A DNA stretch of 33,923 nt from Psammoneis japonica (taxonomy: Eukaryota): positions 1-33,923 of the forward strand of contig QPGO01000390.1 of NCBI GenBank assembly GCA_008632985.1, given 5' to 3'. The notes below the pieces were generated by a model that saw only the letters and a program-made list of their open reading frames with translations, searched no databases and was not told the origin of the DNA. Both the position numbers and the translations under genes were made by a program. Shown here piece after piece: positions 31,983 through 33,923 of this stretch. Position 1 is the first letter of the stretch; every line of letters starts with the position of its first letter.

Positions 31983-33645
31983 ATGGTCCACAACAAAGAA
32001 AGCAATCTTACCATAAGTGACGACTATAACCAGCAGACGACCTTTTGGAAAGCCGCTTCGAGACGAATGACGTTGTTCAACAGCAGAATCCTAGGTTCTG
32101 TCAATGATGGCGTTGCGCATGAAAACAATGTTGTGATTCTGTTGGATGACTTGGAAGAGACAACAGTTCAGACTACGCCTATTCGTCGTACATCGTTGAC
32201 TCATCGCACTCGTGGAGGTGCTTCTCTTGATGAGGAAGACAAATGCAGCTGTGACAGCGGCGACGATCGAGCTGCAGCTCCTGATACTCCTCTTGGTGTT
32301 CCCAAGAGGAAAGCAAGTGCTGATGGCGCAGAGAAGTTATTCTTGCTAAATATTGAGGACGAGCCCATGAAGATTGGAAGAGGATCATCACGACGAATGT
32401 CAAAGCTGCTACTGTCACTTTCTATCGTCATGCTTCTACTATGCTGCTGGCTGTCCTTGTTTCTATTGCTGCATTCTGGCACGCTTCGCCCACAAATGTC
32501 ACAGCCAGTATTTGTACGAGAAACAATCATGATATTGGACATGCTATTATGCAATAGGCCGATGATATCAACTGCCGGCGCCACCAACGACAAGAGTGAC
32601 GAGCAATTTCAAATTCCCTTTACCCTTTATCAGTCTTGGATGCGTCGAGATGTGTCTAATTTTCGATACAATGATATCGTCACGTTCTTTGAACACAATC
32701 CCAAGTGGACGTATTACTTGTATGCCGATGATAATCCAAATCCAAGCGAGACCATTGATGGATGGGTCGACGAGCACATTACTGCGGTTATAGACGATCA
32801 TGGTGACAATTTGAAGATGCGTCTACTGGGACCTCACTTTACGACGATTGAACAACACCAGCGCATTGATTGCGCCTATTCCATGCTGCAAAACGGAGCG
32901 AGCAAGGTGGATTTGTGGCGCTACTTGATTATCTATCACAGCGGAGGCTTGTACACCGACTTTGATGCCGTCTTGAGTGACGCTTATATGGACAGGATCA
33001 TTTCGGCAAATGACACATTCGAACCAGCATCCGTGACGAGATCGAAATGGATCAATACTATGTTCTCGCATCCAACACCATCCAATCCTGGCCCGAGCTA
33101 TCAATGAAACCACGGAAGCAATCTTGAAAATGGCACGTCTGTACAATGCTGCTAGAGGGAATTCATCCATGTTTCTGTCCTTGGGCTGCAACCAAATCTT
33201 GTCAAACTGGCAAACGCACGCCATGTATCCTCTGGACGATGCCGACTTTGGTGCAAAGTTGTGGAACGGGGACGAGTTACTCGCTGCCGTCAATGTCACG
33301 GCCTACCCATTTCGGTATTGTACATGCCACCATCTTGACCACCAAAATCCGCATTACTACAAGGACAAGCTGCATGCGGCATGCTTGACCGGGCCGAACG
33401 TATTCAAAACTGCCTTTGAGTGGACGCTCTACGACAATACTGAAGACCTCCATGGAATTCGTATTTTTCCTTCACAACTTGGTGGCCGTGTTCCATCCAA
33501 GTTTGTGCAGAGAAACGAATCCGTGTGGCAAAGTAATCGCATGGAGAAGGTAAAAGATGCTGGAAGAATGACTCCAACGTGGCCCAGTATGGGAGCACAT
33601 TTCATTGACTTTGAAAATACATGTTGGAAGAAATTTACCAACTGA
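31983..33645 (+). CDS. Type II membrane glycosyltransferase, GT32 (DXD sugar-binding) family; apparent frameshift near 33070
   Basis: Single TM helix, IPFTLYQSW, KVDLWRYLIIYHSGGLYTDFD, then in the next frame HHPILARAI and TGPNVF. Confidence 0.75.
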
Positions 33646-33923
33646 GAGATGGTCAGTAGAGCTTCTAGACCTATTCATGACATTGCATAGACGAAACTTC
33701 ATATGATTCAGTTCGCTCAGACGACAAGATGGCTCACTCGTCGTCTTCGTTGCACCAACCTATTGTCTAACGATTTCCCCATTCGTGTCGTCGTTGCATT
33801 CGAAATTCTATCGAACACCGATTACCACAAGATCTGTCGTCGTTACTGGAACTTTTGGCGCCGCCGCCGCGTCATGCTGCCTCCGCAATTTGCTCAGAGC
33901 TTGTGACGAAGAAAATTAGACAC

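Noticed and set aside
26089..33645. Programmed frameshifting or pseudogenisation of RIOX1, AIP1 and the GT32 gene
   Set aside because: Scattered single-base indels in conserved genes, in a region containing N calls (27849, 29491), are more simply explained as consensus errors; this needs a read check.

Overview
Eukaryotic nuclear DNA, most likely from a diatom or other stramenopile. This is an inference from short GT-AG introns, compact genes, a bipartite plastid-type presequence and diatom-like transposon families. The window alternates between two sequence types. (i) Ordinary host-gene blocks: OXNAD1-like oxidoreductase; a FAAL-ACP-Pls-type NRPS-like protein with one in-frame TGA; a plastid-targeted two-repeat Cys protein; a 37-aa helical-repeat RAP protein; NO66/RIOX1; AIP1/WDR1; an alpha/beta-hydrolase-fold protein; a GT32 glycosyltransferase. 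(ii) Three sharply bounded domains (~1-9600, ~15900-19800, ~23900-25400). The first two hold a pogo-like DDE transposase, an endonuclease-less Penelope-like retroelement with a hammerhead ribozyme, and a gypsy-like integrase relic; the third is unidentified. The main finding is that TpA dinucleotides in these domains have been almost completely converted to TpG/CpA (A:T->G:C on both strands), alongside CpG decay. Conserved Tyr become Cys/His in transposon catalytic motifs. Two internal repeat pairs show the substitutions directly (22 TA in one arm of an inverted repeat versus 1 in the other). This resembles a repeat-targeted hypermutation system with the opposite direction to fungal RIP. I do not know of a formal description of it but cannot search the literature. 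All counts were made by eye.
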